The position numbers and the translations under genes are program-made. The notes under the pieces are model-generated. The model did not search any database. It saw only the letters and a list, made by a program, of their open reading frames with translations, and was not told the DNA's origin. DNA of 64,000 bases from Oscillospiraceae bacterium (GTDB taxonomy: Bacteria; Bacillota; Clostridia; UMGS1883): assembly GCA_015068735.1 (NCBI GenBank), contig SVJW01000001.1, positions 9,123-73,122 of the forward strand. Direction: 5' to 3'. Shown one piece after another: positions 48,084 through 57,083 of the stretch (position 1 is its first letter; every line of letters starts with the position of its first letter).

Positions 48084-48926
48084 TCACCCATTAGTTTTTT
48101 CTATAGTTTTCTTGAAAGGAATTATGTCGTATTCCTCTTTATATGCGCTCATATCATATTCGTAATACAAATCCCCGAAAACTTTTTCAATCGTTCTGTG
48201 TTTTCTCAAAATCCTTATAAAGGGGTTAAACAATTTTGTGAACACAATCTTTTTTTTGTTAATTGCGGCAATTTGATAAACCATATCACTTGTATTCACA
48301 TACGCTGCGTTTTGAGGATGGAAAAAGCCTTTTTCACCATTTTCTATAACCAACCTTATAAAGCAACATAAAGTTTCAATGTAAATCATACTGCGCTTGT
48401 TGTTATATTTAGGGAAAACAGGCGTTTTTTTTGCAAATTTCTCTAAAGTAGAATAATTTCCTTTTGAGCCTTTTCCATATACCATAGGTGGTCGCAAAAT
48501 AGCCACCTTAAAGCTTTCATCACACATATCAAAGATACTGTTGTCCGCTTCCAGCTTGGACTTTCCATAGTTACTTTTCGGCAAAGGAACTGTACCTTTT
48601 GTTATTGCGCCACTTGTTGTACCGTAAACGCTCATCGAGCTCAATAAAACAAACTGCTTCACACCGCTTAATTTCGCTTTCTGTGCTGTTTCAATGGCTA
48701 AGTCTCTGTTAACAGCATAATACAGATGTTTGTTACTGTCTGTTTCCTTGATATGAGCAATCCCGGCAACATGTAAAACAGTATCATATTCTGAAAATTC
48801 ATACTCACGCCAACTGTCGTCTGTCATATCTACTGTATCTACGCTATAGCCGTCAAATCTCTTTATGTAATTTTCAAAAGAAGTACCTATGTAACTATTT
48901 GCGCCGGTTATAAGTATTCGTTTCAT
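48084..48926 (-). CDS. NAD-dependent sugar epimerase/dehydratase family protein
   Basis: MKRILITGANSYIG Rossmann motif and YGKSK catalytic motif; 280 aa. Confidence 0.8.
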   Translation of the reverse strand: MKRILITGANSYIGTSFENYIKRFDGYSVDTVDMTDDSWREYEFSEYDTVLHVAGIAHIKETDSNKHLYYAVNRDLAIETAQKAKLSGVKQFVLLSSMSVYGTTSGAITKGTVPLPKSNYGKSKLEADNSIFDMCDESFKVAILRPPMVYGKGSKGNYSTLEKFAKKTPVFPKYNNKRSMIYIETLCCFIRLVIENGEKGFFHPQNAAYVNTSDMVYQIAAINKKKIVFTKLFNPFIRILRKHRTIEKVFGDLYYEYDMSAYKEEYDIIPFKKTIEKTNG

Positions 48927-49546
48927 TTTGCTTCAACCTCTTCTTTTTCCTTGGAGTTTGTTCCTGTTCCACCCTCTACCACTCCGTCGCGCTTGAGAAC
49001 ATAGAAGATTGAGCCGAAAAACATCTTCAAATCAAACCAGAAAGACAATTTACTTACATATTCACCGTCAAGACGTGCTTTCACATCAATTTCAAGTTCA
49101 TCTCTTCCGCTTATCTGCGCAAGGCCGGTAAGTCCTGGTTTCACATCATTTGCACCGTACTTATCACGCTCGCTAATAAGGTCATCCTGGTTCCAGAGTG
49201 CAGGACGAGGACCGATTATACTCATATCCCCCCGCAAAATATTAAGCATCTGAGGTAGTTCATCAATGGAGGTCTTTCTCATGAATTTCTGCCATTTACT
49301 AAGCATATCTTCCGATTTAAACATGTGCGTAGGCATATCTTTCGGTACCTTCGTGGGCATTGAACGAAACTTCAGAATGTTAAAATGTTTTTTATGTAAC
49401 CCGACTCTTTTCTGTTTGAAGAAAACCGGTCCGGGGGAATCAATTTTTATAATAACAGCCACGATAACCATCGGAACAGCTAAAACGGCTATTCCAATAA
49501 ACGACAGCACAATGTCAATCATTCTTTTAAAAAAACGCGAATACAT
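48923..49546 (-). CDS. Initiating undecaprenyl-phosphate sugar phosphotransferase (small monotopic 'bacterial sugar transferase' family)
   Basis: FKRMIDIVLS..., SPGPVFFKQKRVG, DELPQMLNILRGDMSIIGPRP. Confidence 0.9.
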   Translation of the reverse strand: MYSRFFKRMIDIVLSFIGIAVLAVPMVIVAVIIKIDSPGPVFFKQKRVGLHKKHFNILKFRSMPTKVPKDMPTHMFKSEDMLSKWQKFMRKTSIDELPQMLNILRGDMSIIGPRPALWNQDDLISERDKYGANDVKPGLTGLAQISGRDELEIDVKARLDGEYVSKLSFWFDLKMFFGSIFYVLKRDGVVEGGTGTNSKEKEEVEAK

Positions 49547-49604
49547 ACAATTCTTCCTCTCATATAGGCAAATTTACACAAACCACCCGCAATTTTACTA
49601 TTAT

Positions 49605-49633
49605 ATTATAGTACGGTTGTTCGAAATAGTCAA
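49605..49633 (-). promoter_or_regulatory. Sigma-A-type promoter for the polysaccharide operon
   Basis: On the minus strand: TTGACT, 17 nt spacer, TATAAT. Confidence 0.6.
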
Positions 49634-49738
49634 CAAAAATCAGCATAGATTCTTTCAATAATACTGCATCTTGACTTTTTTCGGGGTTTAGTATAAAATC
49701 ATTATAAAGTAGCAGTCCATATTTAAAAGGATGATTTT

Positions 49739-50314
49739 ATGATTACAACTAAAAAAGAACTGAAAGAGTTCCTTTTACAAGATGCCAAGGCAAACAAAAG
49801 ATCCTCCGTTCGCAGTAAATTTTTCGGCGATGAACTGTGGAATTTTCAGAAGCTGATGCGTAAATGTGACTATTTTTCTTTCAAAAGGAAAAGCAATATT
49901 CTCTACAACCTACCATTCATTTTTGTAAAATTCCGTTATCACCGCCTTTCCGTAAAGCTCGGTTTCTCCATGCCTTACAATGTATTTGACAAAGGACTTT
50001 CCGTTGCCCACCGCGGAACGATAGTTGTAAACGGAAAAAGCCAAATCGGAAAGAACTGCAGAATACATGCCTGCGTCAATATAGGTGTGTCAGGCAAATC
50101 CGAAGCACCGCGCATAGGCAACAATGTTTTTATAGGTCCCGGTGTTAAAATCGTTGGAGGAGTAGCGATAGCAGACGGCGTTTGTTTAGGAGCCGGAGCT
50201 GTTGTGGTAAAATCGATTACTGAACCTAATACCACTTGGGGCGGTGTGCCTGCGAAGAAGATCAGCGACAATTCCTCCCACAAATTGCTTTCTGACAGAT
50301 TATTTGAAAACTGA
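49739..50314 (+). CDS. Hexapeptide-repeat acetyltransferase (serine acetyltransferase / WcaB-like), divergent from the operon
   Basis: FKRKSNILYN...HRLSVKLGFSMP followed by LbH repeats (GKNCRIHACVNIG..., IGNNVFIGPGVKIVG). Confidence 0.75.
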   Translation: MITTKKELKEFLLQDAKANKRSSVRSKFFGDELWNFQKLMRKCDYFSFKRKSNILYNLPFIFVKFRYHRLSVKLGFSMPYNVFDKGLSVAHRGTIVVNGKSQIGKNCRIHACVNIGVSGKSEAPRIGNNVFIGPGVKIVGGVAIADGVCLGAGAVVVKSITEPNTTWGGVPAKKISDNSSHKLLSDRLFEN

Positions 50315-50334
50315 CAAGTCTTAACATATGAACT

Positions 50335-50371
50335 AAAAACGGTAAAAGCATTTTGCTTTTACCGTTTTTTC
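50335..50371. terminator. Bidirectional rho-independent terminator
   Basis: aaaaacggtaaaagc-atttt-gcttttaccgttttt hairpin. Confidence 0.75.
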
Positions 50372-51261
50372 AACTCATTTATCGCAAATTTTGCATACTC
50401 CGACACAAACTGACCTTTTCTTATTACAACAGCAGGTTGTCTTTTGTATGGTGTATTTTTAATTTCGTAAAGAGCTATACCCTCACACTCACCTTTAGCC
50501 TCAACAAACTGTTTGGGGATGATGGTTGCCGCATCACCGTTTTTTGCAACCTCCCATGCAGTAGCAACGCCTGTAACGGTAGCGTATATTTCGGGATTTA
50601 TTCCTGATTTTACGCAAAGAGAATCAAAAAGTTTTCTCATTTCCTGTTCTTTGCCTACAGTTACAAAAGGAAGTTTTTTTGCTGAAGCAAAATCGTCAAT
50701 AGTTTTTTTACCCTTTGTTTCCAAAAGCACTGTTAACTTTTCAGGAACAGCAAGAACAAGCTTGTCCTCTTCAAGTGGAATTGTTTCAAATTCCGGTTCA
50801 TTTACGGGAAGGTTCATTATTGCAAAATCATATTCTCCGTTAAGGAGCCCTTCTTTCAGAACAGAAAGCCCATATTCAACTAAGTTAACTTGCAAATCCG
50901 GGAATTTATCCTTAACTTTTTTTATAAGGCCGGGCATCATATAGGAACTGCGGAAAGGAACTGCACCGATGGTAAGTTTTCCTCTGTCACCGGATTTGTA
51001 CTTTTCTATGGTTTTTAAAAGAACATCTTCTTCAAAAACTAATCTCCGCGCCTTTTCTATAAAAAATTCTCCTGCAGGAGTAAGAGTAAGCGGAGTTGAG
51101 CTACGGTCAAAAAGTTTTATACCTATCTCATTTTCAAGGCTTATTATATGCTTTGAAAACGCAGGCTGGGAAATGCCGACTTTCTCTGCCGCCTGAGAAA
51201 AATTACAAACTTCGGAAAGGATAATTGCATATTGTAATTGCCGTGAATTCATTGTTTTCAC
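50359..51261 (-). CDS. LysR family transcriptional regulator
   Basis: MNSRQLQYAIILSEVCNFSQAAEKVGISQPAFSKHI HTH; 300 aa. Confidence 0.9.
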   Translation of the reverse strand: MKTMNSRQLQYAIILSEVCNFSQAAEKVGISQPAFSKHIISLENEIGIKLFDRSSTPLTLTPAGEFFIEKARRLVFEEDVLLKTIEKYKSGDRGKLTIGAVPFRSSYMMPGLIKKVKDKFPDLQVNLVEYGLSVLKEGLLNGEYDFAIMNLPVNEPEFETIPLEEDKLVLAVPEKLTVLLETKGKKTIDDFASAKKLPFVTVGKEQEMRKLFDSLCVKSGINPEIYATVTGVATAWEVAKNGDAATIIPKQFVEAKGECEGIALYEIKNTPYKRQPAVVIRKGQFVSEYAKFAINELKKR

Positions 51262-51315
51262 CTCGCTATCTAAGTATACTACTTTGTCCTCAATTATTCA
51301 AGTCTTATTTTTTTC

Positions 51316-51344
51316 TTGACAAACCTGTTATTTTGTGCTACATT
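51316..51344 (+). promoter_or_regulatory. Putative promoter for the DctM-like permease gene
   Basis: TTGACA, 17 nt spacer, TACATT with an extended TG. Confidence 0.5.
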
Positions 51345-51400
51345 ATAATCATATCGGAATTAATGTTATAACTTTTTCAGAATAACAAAGGAGGGTTAAT

Positions 51401-52759
51401 ATGCCATCAGCATTTATTTATCTTGGCATCTTACTATTCGCGGTTATCTATTTATTCACACTTTGCAAAAGACCCGTGTACGAAGCAATCTTGGTTAGTT
51501 TCATTATTCTTATTGCGGTTACCGGAAAATGGACCAGCATCGGAACATACATAGAAGGTGCGCTTTCTACAAGCCTCATCTATTCAATGGTAGCATTTGT
51601 TGCCATGTCAATTATTTTGACAAAGACAAAAGTTATCGACAGCTGTGTTGCGATTATTCTTTCTCTTTTAGGAAGAGTTACCGGCGGTGCAGGTTATGTA
51701 TCCGTTATTGCTTCGGCATTTATGGGTGCTCTTTCAGGAAGTGGTCCCGGAAACGTAATGGCAACAGGTGCTCTGACCATTCCAGCAATGATTAAGTCAG
51801 GATTTCCCCGTGAACTTGCCGGAAACATAGAAAGTAATGCAAGTTATATGGGAAATATGATCCCCCCCTCCTCCAATATTGTTGCCGCAATGGGCGCATT
51901 CACCGCATTATACGGTGAATCCAGCATTTCACAAGGACAGTTCTGGGTTGTATTGTGGGGGATTTCTCTTTGGTTTATACTTCAGAGAATCCTTATGGTT
52001 TGGGGATTCTGTAAATATTATAAAGTAAAGCCTATGACAAAAGACGAACTTCCTTCTCTTAAGAAAGTTCTTAAAGAAGGTTGGCAGGGGCTTTTCCTTC
52101 CTGTTATTATTCTTCTTCCCTTTGTTCTTGATTATCTGTTTACAGATACATTTTTCACCCAGAGATTAGGAGCAGCCGGTGCTAAGGCTCTTTCTAAGTC
52201 TGTTCTTTTATTCACAGCAGGTATTTCCGCTTTGTATGCTTGGATTATTACAGGCAGAAAACAGCACATTACTCCCCATAAAATAGCAAAAATGTTTGCA
52301 AACGGTGTAAAAACAATTTCTCCTGCTATCGGCGTATGTCTTATCGGTTATATGATAGGCGGATTGTTTGATGATATGAATGTAGCAGATGAAATCGGCC
52401 AGTTCATAGTTTCAATGAACTTCTCTAAGTTCGGTATGGTTCTCTTCATCTGCGTGTTAACCTGTTTCCTCGGTATGGTTATCCCCGGATCTTCGCTGGT
52501 TGTAATATTTGGTTCTACATTTATTTCAACATTAGCATCAGCAGGTGTTAATCCTCTCCTTGCCGCTGCAATGCTTCCCTGTATTTGCGGTGTTATGTGC
52601 GGTATTACACCTCCCCTGGGACTTGGTATGTATGCCGGAATGACACTTTCGGAAGCTGAATTCGGCAAAACTTTCAAAAACAACCTTTGGTGGGTTGCAG
52701 CACAGTTTATAATGCAGGTTATCTGTCTTATGGGCTGGCTTCCCATTTTAGGACTTTAA
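51401..52759 (+). CDS. TRAP transporter large permease (DctM-like)
   Basis: GALSGSGPGNVMATGALTIPAMIKSGFPREL and GITPPLGLGMY are colinear with DctM conserved blocks. Confidence 0.7.
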   Translation: MPSAFIYLGILLFAVIYLFTLCKRPVYEAILVSFIILIAVTGKWTSIGTYIEGALSTSLIYSMVAFVAMSIILTKTKVIDSCVAIILSLLGRVTGGAGYVSVIASAFMGALSGSGPGNVMATGALTIPAMIKSGFPRELAGNIESNASYMGNMIPPSSNIVAAMGAFTALYGESSISQGQFWVVLWGISLWFILQRILMVWGFCKYYKVKPMTKDELPSLKKVLKEGWQGLFLPVIILLPFVLDYLFTDTFFTQRLGAAGAKALSKSVLLFTAGISALYAWIITGRKQHITPHKIAKMFANGVKTISPAIGVCLIGYMIGGLFDDMNVADEIGQFIVSMNFSKFGMVLFICVLTCFLGMVIPGSSLVVIFGSTFISTLASAGVNPLLAAAMLPCICGVMCGITPPLGLGMYAGMTLSEAEFGKTFKNNLWWVAAQFIMQVICLMGWLPILGL

Positions 52760-52773
52760 GGAGGTAGTGCATT

Positions 52774-53046
52774 ATGAAAAAAGCATTGAAAAAAATATCC
52801 GATATTCTTAAAATGGTATTCGGGTACGGCATTATGCTGAGTCTTTTCCTTGGTGGTGCTACTTTCTTCGGTTATGTTGTGGCACTTATCATTGGTGGTA
52901 ATACCGGAGCTGCAATCTGTGATTTTATCTATAAGGAATTTGTTCCCGAGCTGGTTTACTACACTTCCATCCTTGTTTTGTTAGGACTTGTAGCAATGTA
53001 TCTGGGCGGAGAGTTTGCTTTAACCACAGAAAAGAAACAAAAATAA
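52774..53046 (+). CDS. Small two-TM membrane protein, function unknown
   Basis: AAGGAGG upstream of the start; 90 aa with two hydrophobic helices; 14 nt after the permease gene. Confidence 0.6.
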   Translation: MKKALKKISDILKMVFGYGIMLSLFLGGATFFGYVVALIIGGNTGAAICDFIYKEFVPELVYYTSILVLLGLVAMYLGGEFALTTEKKQK

Positions 53047-53055
53047 AATAGAAGA

Positions 53056-53092
53056 GTGCGGTTGTCTCTATACGGCAACCGCGCTTTTTTTG
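53056..53092 (+). terminator. Rho-independent terminator
   Basis: gcggttg...caaccgc hairpin followed by TTTTTTT. Confidence 0.7.
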
Positions 53093-53230
53093 TTGTTGTG
53101 TATATTTTGTGAATGTTGTATGAATTTTCAAAAAAGCCTTTACTATTGCAACAAAATATGGTAGAATAAATGCAGAATTTTGTTTTTTTAAATATTTTTT
53201 CCAAATGCGGAAAAATTAAGAGGTAGAACT

Positions 53231-54235
53231 ATGATTAATGACAAAAAAGTTATATTTTCAGGTATACAGCCATCCAGCGACTCCGTAACTCTGGGAAACT
53301 ATCTTGGCGCACTTAAAAACTGGGTTACACTTCAGGATGAATACAGTTGTATTTTCAGCGTTGTAGATATGCACGCAATAACTGTAAGGCAGGAACCTGC
53401 TCAACTCAGGAAAAACACACTTTCGCTTCTTGCACAGTATATTGCATGCGGTCTTGATGCCGAAAAAAACATAATGTTCATTCAGAGCCATGTTCCTCAG
53501 CACGCAGAGCTCAGTTGGATTTTAAACTGTTTCACACAGATGGGTGAACTTAACAGAATGACTCAGTTTAAGGATAAGAGTCAGAAGCACCCCGAAAACA
53601 TCAATGCAGGACTTTACACATATCCTGTTTTGATGGCGGCTGATATACTTCTTTATCAGACAGACCTTGTTCCTGTAGGTGCAGACCAGAAGCAGCACCT
53701 TGAACTTGCAAGAGATATTGCACACCGTTTCAACACACTTTACAGCGATACTTTTGTTGTTCCGGATGCATACATTCCTGCGAAGAATGCAGGGGCAAAG
53801 ATTATGAGCCTGCAGACTCCCACGGCAAAGATGTCAAAAAGTGATCCCAACCCCAACGGTTGTATTTTCCTTCTTGACAAGCCTGAGGATATTATCCGCA
53901 AGGTTAAAAGAGCCGTTACCGACTCCGAAGCCGAAGTTTGCTACCGCGAAGGTAAGGATGGCGTAAACAATCTTCTCACGATTTATTCCACAGTTACAGG
54001 AAAAACAGTTGATGAAGCTGTAGCCGAATTTTCGGGCAAGGGATACGGCGACTTCAAACTTGCGGTAGGTGAAGCCGTAGCGGAACATCTTCTTCCCATT
54101 CAGGAAAAATACGATGACCTTATGAAAAACAAGGATTATCTTGAAAGTATATATAAAAAAGGTGCGGAAGCGGCATTCGGTATCGCTCGTCGCACCGTTA
54201 CAAAAGTAAAAAAGAAAGTCGGATTTATTATCTGA
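53231..54235 (+). CDS. trpS: Tryptophan--tRNA ligase
   Basis: FSGIQPSS..TLGNYLGA (HIGH-like region), KMSKS at ...TAKMSKSDPN. Confidence 0.95.
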   Translation: MINDKKVIFSGIQPSSDSVTLGNYLGALKNWVTLQDEYSCIFSVVDMHAITVRQEPAQLRKNTLSLLAQYIACGLDAEKNIMFIQSHVPQHAELSWILNCFTQMGELNRMTQFKDKSQKHPENINAGLYTYPVLMAADILLYQTDLVPVGADQKQHLELARDIAHRFNTLYSDTFVVPDAYIPAKNAGAKIMSLQTPTAKMSKSDPNPNGCIFLLDKPEDIIRKVKRAVTDSEAEVCYREGKDGVNNLLTIYSTVTGKTVDEAVAEFSGKGYGDFKLAVGEAVAEHLLPIQEKYDDLMKNKDYLESIYKKGAEAAFGIARRTVTKVKKKVGFII

Positions 54236-54248
54236 GAGGTATATCATT

Positions 54249-55301
54249 ATGAATAATAACAATATTTTGATTGCTTTCATAGTGGCGTTCATTATAACTT
54301 TTATTCTTACACCTTTTGTAAAAAAACTTGCTTTTAAAGTTGGTGCGGTTGATGTTCCTAAGGATAATCGCAGAATGCACAAGAAACCTACCGCCCGCCT
54401 TGGAGGGTTGGCAATATTTTTCGGTTTCATTATAAGCGCCATTATTTATTCTGATATTGATAAAGAACTTGGCGGAATACTCATAGGCAGTTGTATAATA
54501 GTGATTTTAGGTATATTTGATGATATATATGCCCTCAGTGCCAAGCTCAAACTTGCGGTACAAATATTGGCAGCCCTTTGTCCTATCATTGCAGGTGTGA
54601 CGATAGAATCCATAAGGGTTCCCGCTTTTATAGCAGAATCCGGATACCTCCAGCTGGAATGGTTTGCAATTCCCGTTACCCTTATATGGATTATAGGAAT
54701 TACAAACGCTACCAATCTCCTTGACGGTCTTGACGGACTGGCTTGCGGAGTGTCATCTATATCTGCACTTACTCTGCTTTGTATAGCACTGATTGTAGGT
54801 GAGCCAAAAGTTGCTTTCGTAACAAGTGCTCTTGCAGGTGCTTGCTTTGGATTCCTTCCCTACAATTTCAATCCCGCAAAACTTTTTATGGGAGATACCG
54901 GTGCATTGTTTTTAGGTTTTATATTATCAACAATTTCCGTGCAGGGACTTTTTAAAGGTTATGCCGTAATCAGTCTTGCTGCTCCTTTGTTGATACTGGG
55001 ACTTCCTATTTTTGATACTGTTTCGGCAATTATACGAAGACTCAGAAATCACCAGCCCATTATGTCCCCTGACAGAGGACATCTTCACCACAGATTGATA
55101 GATGCCGGTTTTTCTCAAAAGCAGGCAGTTTCCCTTATATATCTTCTGTGTCTTGTGCTTTGCATTGTGGCAGTAAGTCTTATTGCAACAGGCGCTGTAT
55201 CCTTGTGGGTATTCGTTGCTGTACTGTTGGGATTTATCCTTTTCTGGTGGATTACACCAAAAATTATAGAAGCACTTACAGATAAAGAAGAACATAAATA
55301 A
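54249..55301 (+). CDS. tagO: Undecaprenyl-phosphate GlcNAc-1-phosphate transferase (WecA/TagO, MraY-like family)
   Basis: VDVPKDNRRMHKKPTARLGGLAIF, NATNLLDGLDGLA, FMGDTGALFLGF. Confidence 0.85.
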   Translation: MNNNNILIAFIVAFIITFILTPFVKKLAFKVGAVDVPKDNRRMHKKPTARLGGLAIFFGFIISAIIYSDIDKELGGILIGSCIIVILGIFDDIYALSAKLKLAVQILAALCPIIAGVTIESIRVPAFIAESGYLQLEWFAIPVTLIWIIGITNATNLLDGLDGLACGVSSISALTLLCIALIVGEPKVAFVTSALAGACFGFLPYNFNPAKLFMGDTGALFLGFILSTISVQGLFKGYAVISLAAPLLILGLPIFDTVSAIIRRLRNHQPIMSPDRGHLHHRLIDAGFSQKQAVSLIYLLCLVLCIVAVSLIATGAVSLWVFVAVLLGFILFWWITPKIIEALTDKEEHK

Positions 55302-55324
55302 TACACGGAGGAAATGAGGAAATT

Positions 55325-56464
55325 ATGATTAAAGTATTTACTGTTTTCGGCACAAGACCGGAAGCCATTAAGATGGCTCCGCTTATTTACGAGCTTAAGT
55401 CACGCCCTTCCATCGATTGTAAGGTTTGCGTTACTGCTCAGCATCGCGAAATGCTTGATATGGTGCTTAATCTGTTTAAGATAACACCTGATTTCGACCT
55501 TAATATTATGACAGAAAGGCAGACTCTTGCTGGAATTACAACCAAGGCTCTAACAGGTCTTGAAGAGGTTTTCCGTCAGGAAAAGCCCGATCTTGTTCTT
55601 GTTCATGGAGATACATCCACAACATTTGCAGGAAGTTTAGCTGCATACTACAACCAGATAAAGGTCGGTCATGTAGAGGCAGGTCTCAGAACATATGACA
55701 AATACTTCCCTTTCCCTGAGGAAATGAACCGCCGTCTTACCGGTGTTATTTCCGATTTGCACTTCTCCCCTACAAAAAACAACCGTGCAAATCTTATAAA
55801 CGAGGGAGTAAATCCTGATAGTATTTTCGTAACGGGAAATACTGTTATAGACGCATTCAAAACAACAATCAAGAAAGATTTTTCCTTTGAGGGAACTCCT
55901 CTTGAGGGAATTGATATGAATAAGCGTATAATTCTTATGACAGCACACAGAAGAGAAAATCTTGGTGCGCCACTTGAAAACATATGCAGAGCTGTTGCCC
56001 GCATTGTAAGGGATTTCCCCGATATTGAGGTTATTTATCCCGTTCACCTTAACCCTGCAGTAAGAGAAACAGCAAATGCAATTTTAGGAAATATTCCGAG
56101 GGTTCACCTTGTTGAGCCTCTTGATGTTGATGTTCTTCACAATGCTATGAATAAAGCATATCTTATTCTTACCGACTCCGGAGGACTTCAGGAAGAAGCG
56201 CCTGCGCTTGGCAAGCCCGTTTTAGTCCTTCGTGGCGAAACAGAGCGTCCTGAAGCTGCTGAAGCAGGAACGGTTAAGATTGCCGGTACGGAAGAAGATA
56301 TTATCTACTCTCTTACATCACAGCTTCTTACCGATGAAAACGAATACCATAAAATGAGCGTTGCTGTTAACCCCTACGGTGACGGAAACGCATCAAGAAG
56401 AATTGCAGATGCAATTCTCTACCACTTTGGTATAACAAGCATGCGACCTGTTGAGTGGTTATAA
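55325..56464 (+). CDS. mnaA: UDP-N-acetylglucosamine 2-epimerase (non-hydrolysing)
   Basis: MIKVFTVFGTRPEAIKMAPL, HVEAGLRT, TDSGGLQEEAPALGKPVLVLR. Confidence 0.95.
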   Translation: MIKVFTVFGTRPEAIKMAPLIYELKSRPSIDCKVCVTAQHREMLDMVLNLFKITPDFDLNIMTERQTLAGITTKALTGLEEVFRQEKPDLVLVHGDTSTTFAGSLAAYYNQIKVGHVEAGLRTYDKYFPFPEEMNRRLTGVISDLHFSPTKNNRANLINEGVNPDSIFVTGNTVIDAFKTTIKKDFSFEGTPLEGIDMNKRIILMTAHRRENLGAPLENICRAVARIVRDFPDIEVIYPVHLNPAVRETANAILGNIPRVHLVEPLDVDVLHNAMNKAYLILTDSGGLQEEAPALGKPVLVLRGETERPEAAEAGTVKIAGTEEDIIYSLTSQLLTDENEYHKMSVAVNPYGDGNASRRIADAILYHFGITSMRPVEWL

Positions 56465-56468
56465 AAGC

Positions 56469-56705
56469 ATGAAAAATAATCGTAAAGAAATTTTTGAAGC
56501 ACTTAATTCGATAACTCAGTTGGGGCTGAGTGTTGCGATATCATTTCTGTTGTGGATTTTCATTGCTATGTGGGTTAAGGATAAATTCCACTTAGGAAAC
56601 TTTGTTATGATTATAGGCATACTGCTTGGTTTGGGAAGTGCAGTTTTGTCTTTTATAAAATTTTGCGGACTTATATCTCCAAAGGAGAAAGATAATGAAA
56701 AGTAA
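56469..56705 (+). CDS. AtpZ/AtpI-family small membrane protein
   Basis: Start trimmed to ATG 56469. Two TM helices. Located directly upstream of the atp genes. Confidence 0.65.
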   Translation: MKNNRKEIFEALNSITQLGLSVAISFLLWIFIAMWVKDKFHLGNFVMIIGILLGLGSAVLSFIKFCGLISPKEKDNEK

Positions 56706-57081
56706 TTCTGTTTATAAAGAGGCAGCAAAAGTCAGTGCAATTATATTCATTCTCGGTGTAATAGAATTCATTCTCTTTACTGTCTTTATGGGATTCAGAC
56801 TTGACATTTTAATAGGTGTACTGTACGGTTGCGCTTTTACATCCTTGAATTTCTTTTATCTGGCTTTCTGTGTAAAAAAAGCCGTTGAAAAGGATGAAAA
56901 AGCGGCAAAAGCATATATGTCTTCAACATATACTGCTCGAATACTTCTTTTGGGAGTAATGCTTTTCATTGCTGCAAAAGTTCAATTTATATACTTCTGG
57001 GCAGCCGTAATTCCCATTGTATTTCAGAGAATTGCCGCGACAGTTGTCCCCATTATTGAAAGAAGGAGGGAGAAGGCTTAA
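56695..57081 (+). CDS. atpI: ATP synthase protein I
   Basis: 128 aa, four hydrophobic helices. Located before atpB. Confidence 0.65.
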   Translation: MKSNSVYKEAAKVSAIIFILGVIEFILFTVFMGFRLDILIGVLYGCAFTSLNFFYLAFCVKKAVEKDEKAAKAYMSSTYTARILLLGVMLFIAAKVQFIYFWAAVIPIVFQRIAATVVPIIERRREKA

Positions 57082-57083
57082 AT

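Noticed and set aside
49547-49604. JUMPStart/ops or other antitermination element in the leader of the polysaccharide operon
   Set aside because: The leader is only about 50 nt long and contains no GGCGGTAG-like ops sequence. There is nothing to support such an element.
53095-53230. Possible T-box riboswitch upstream of trpS
   Set aside because: Only about 135 nt are available. I see no specifier-loop/AGAGA element, no T-box 14-mer (GGUGGUACCGCG-like) and no terminator/antiterminator pair. It looks like a plain promoter region.
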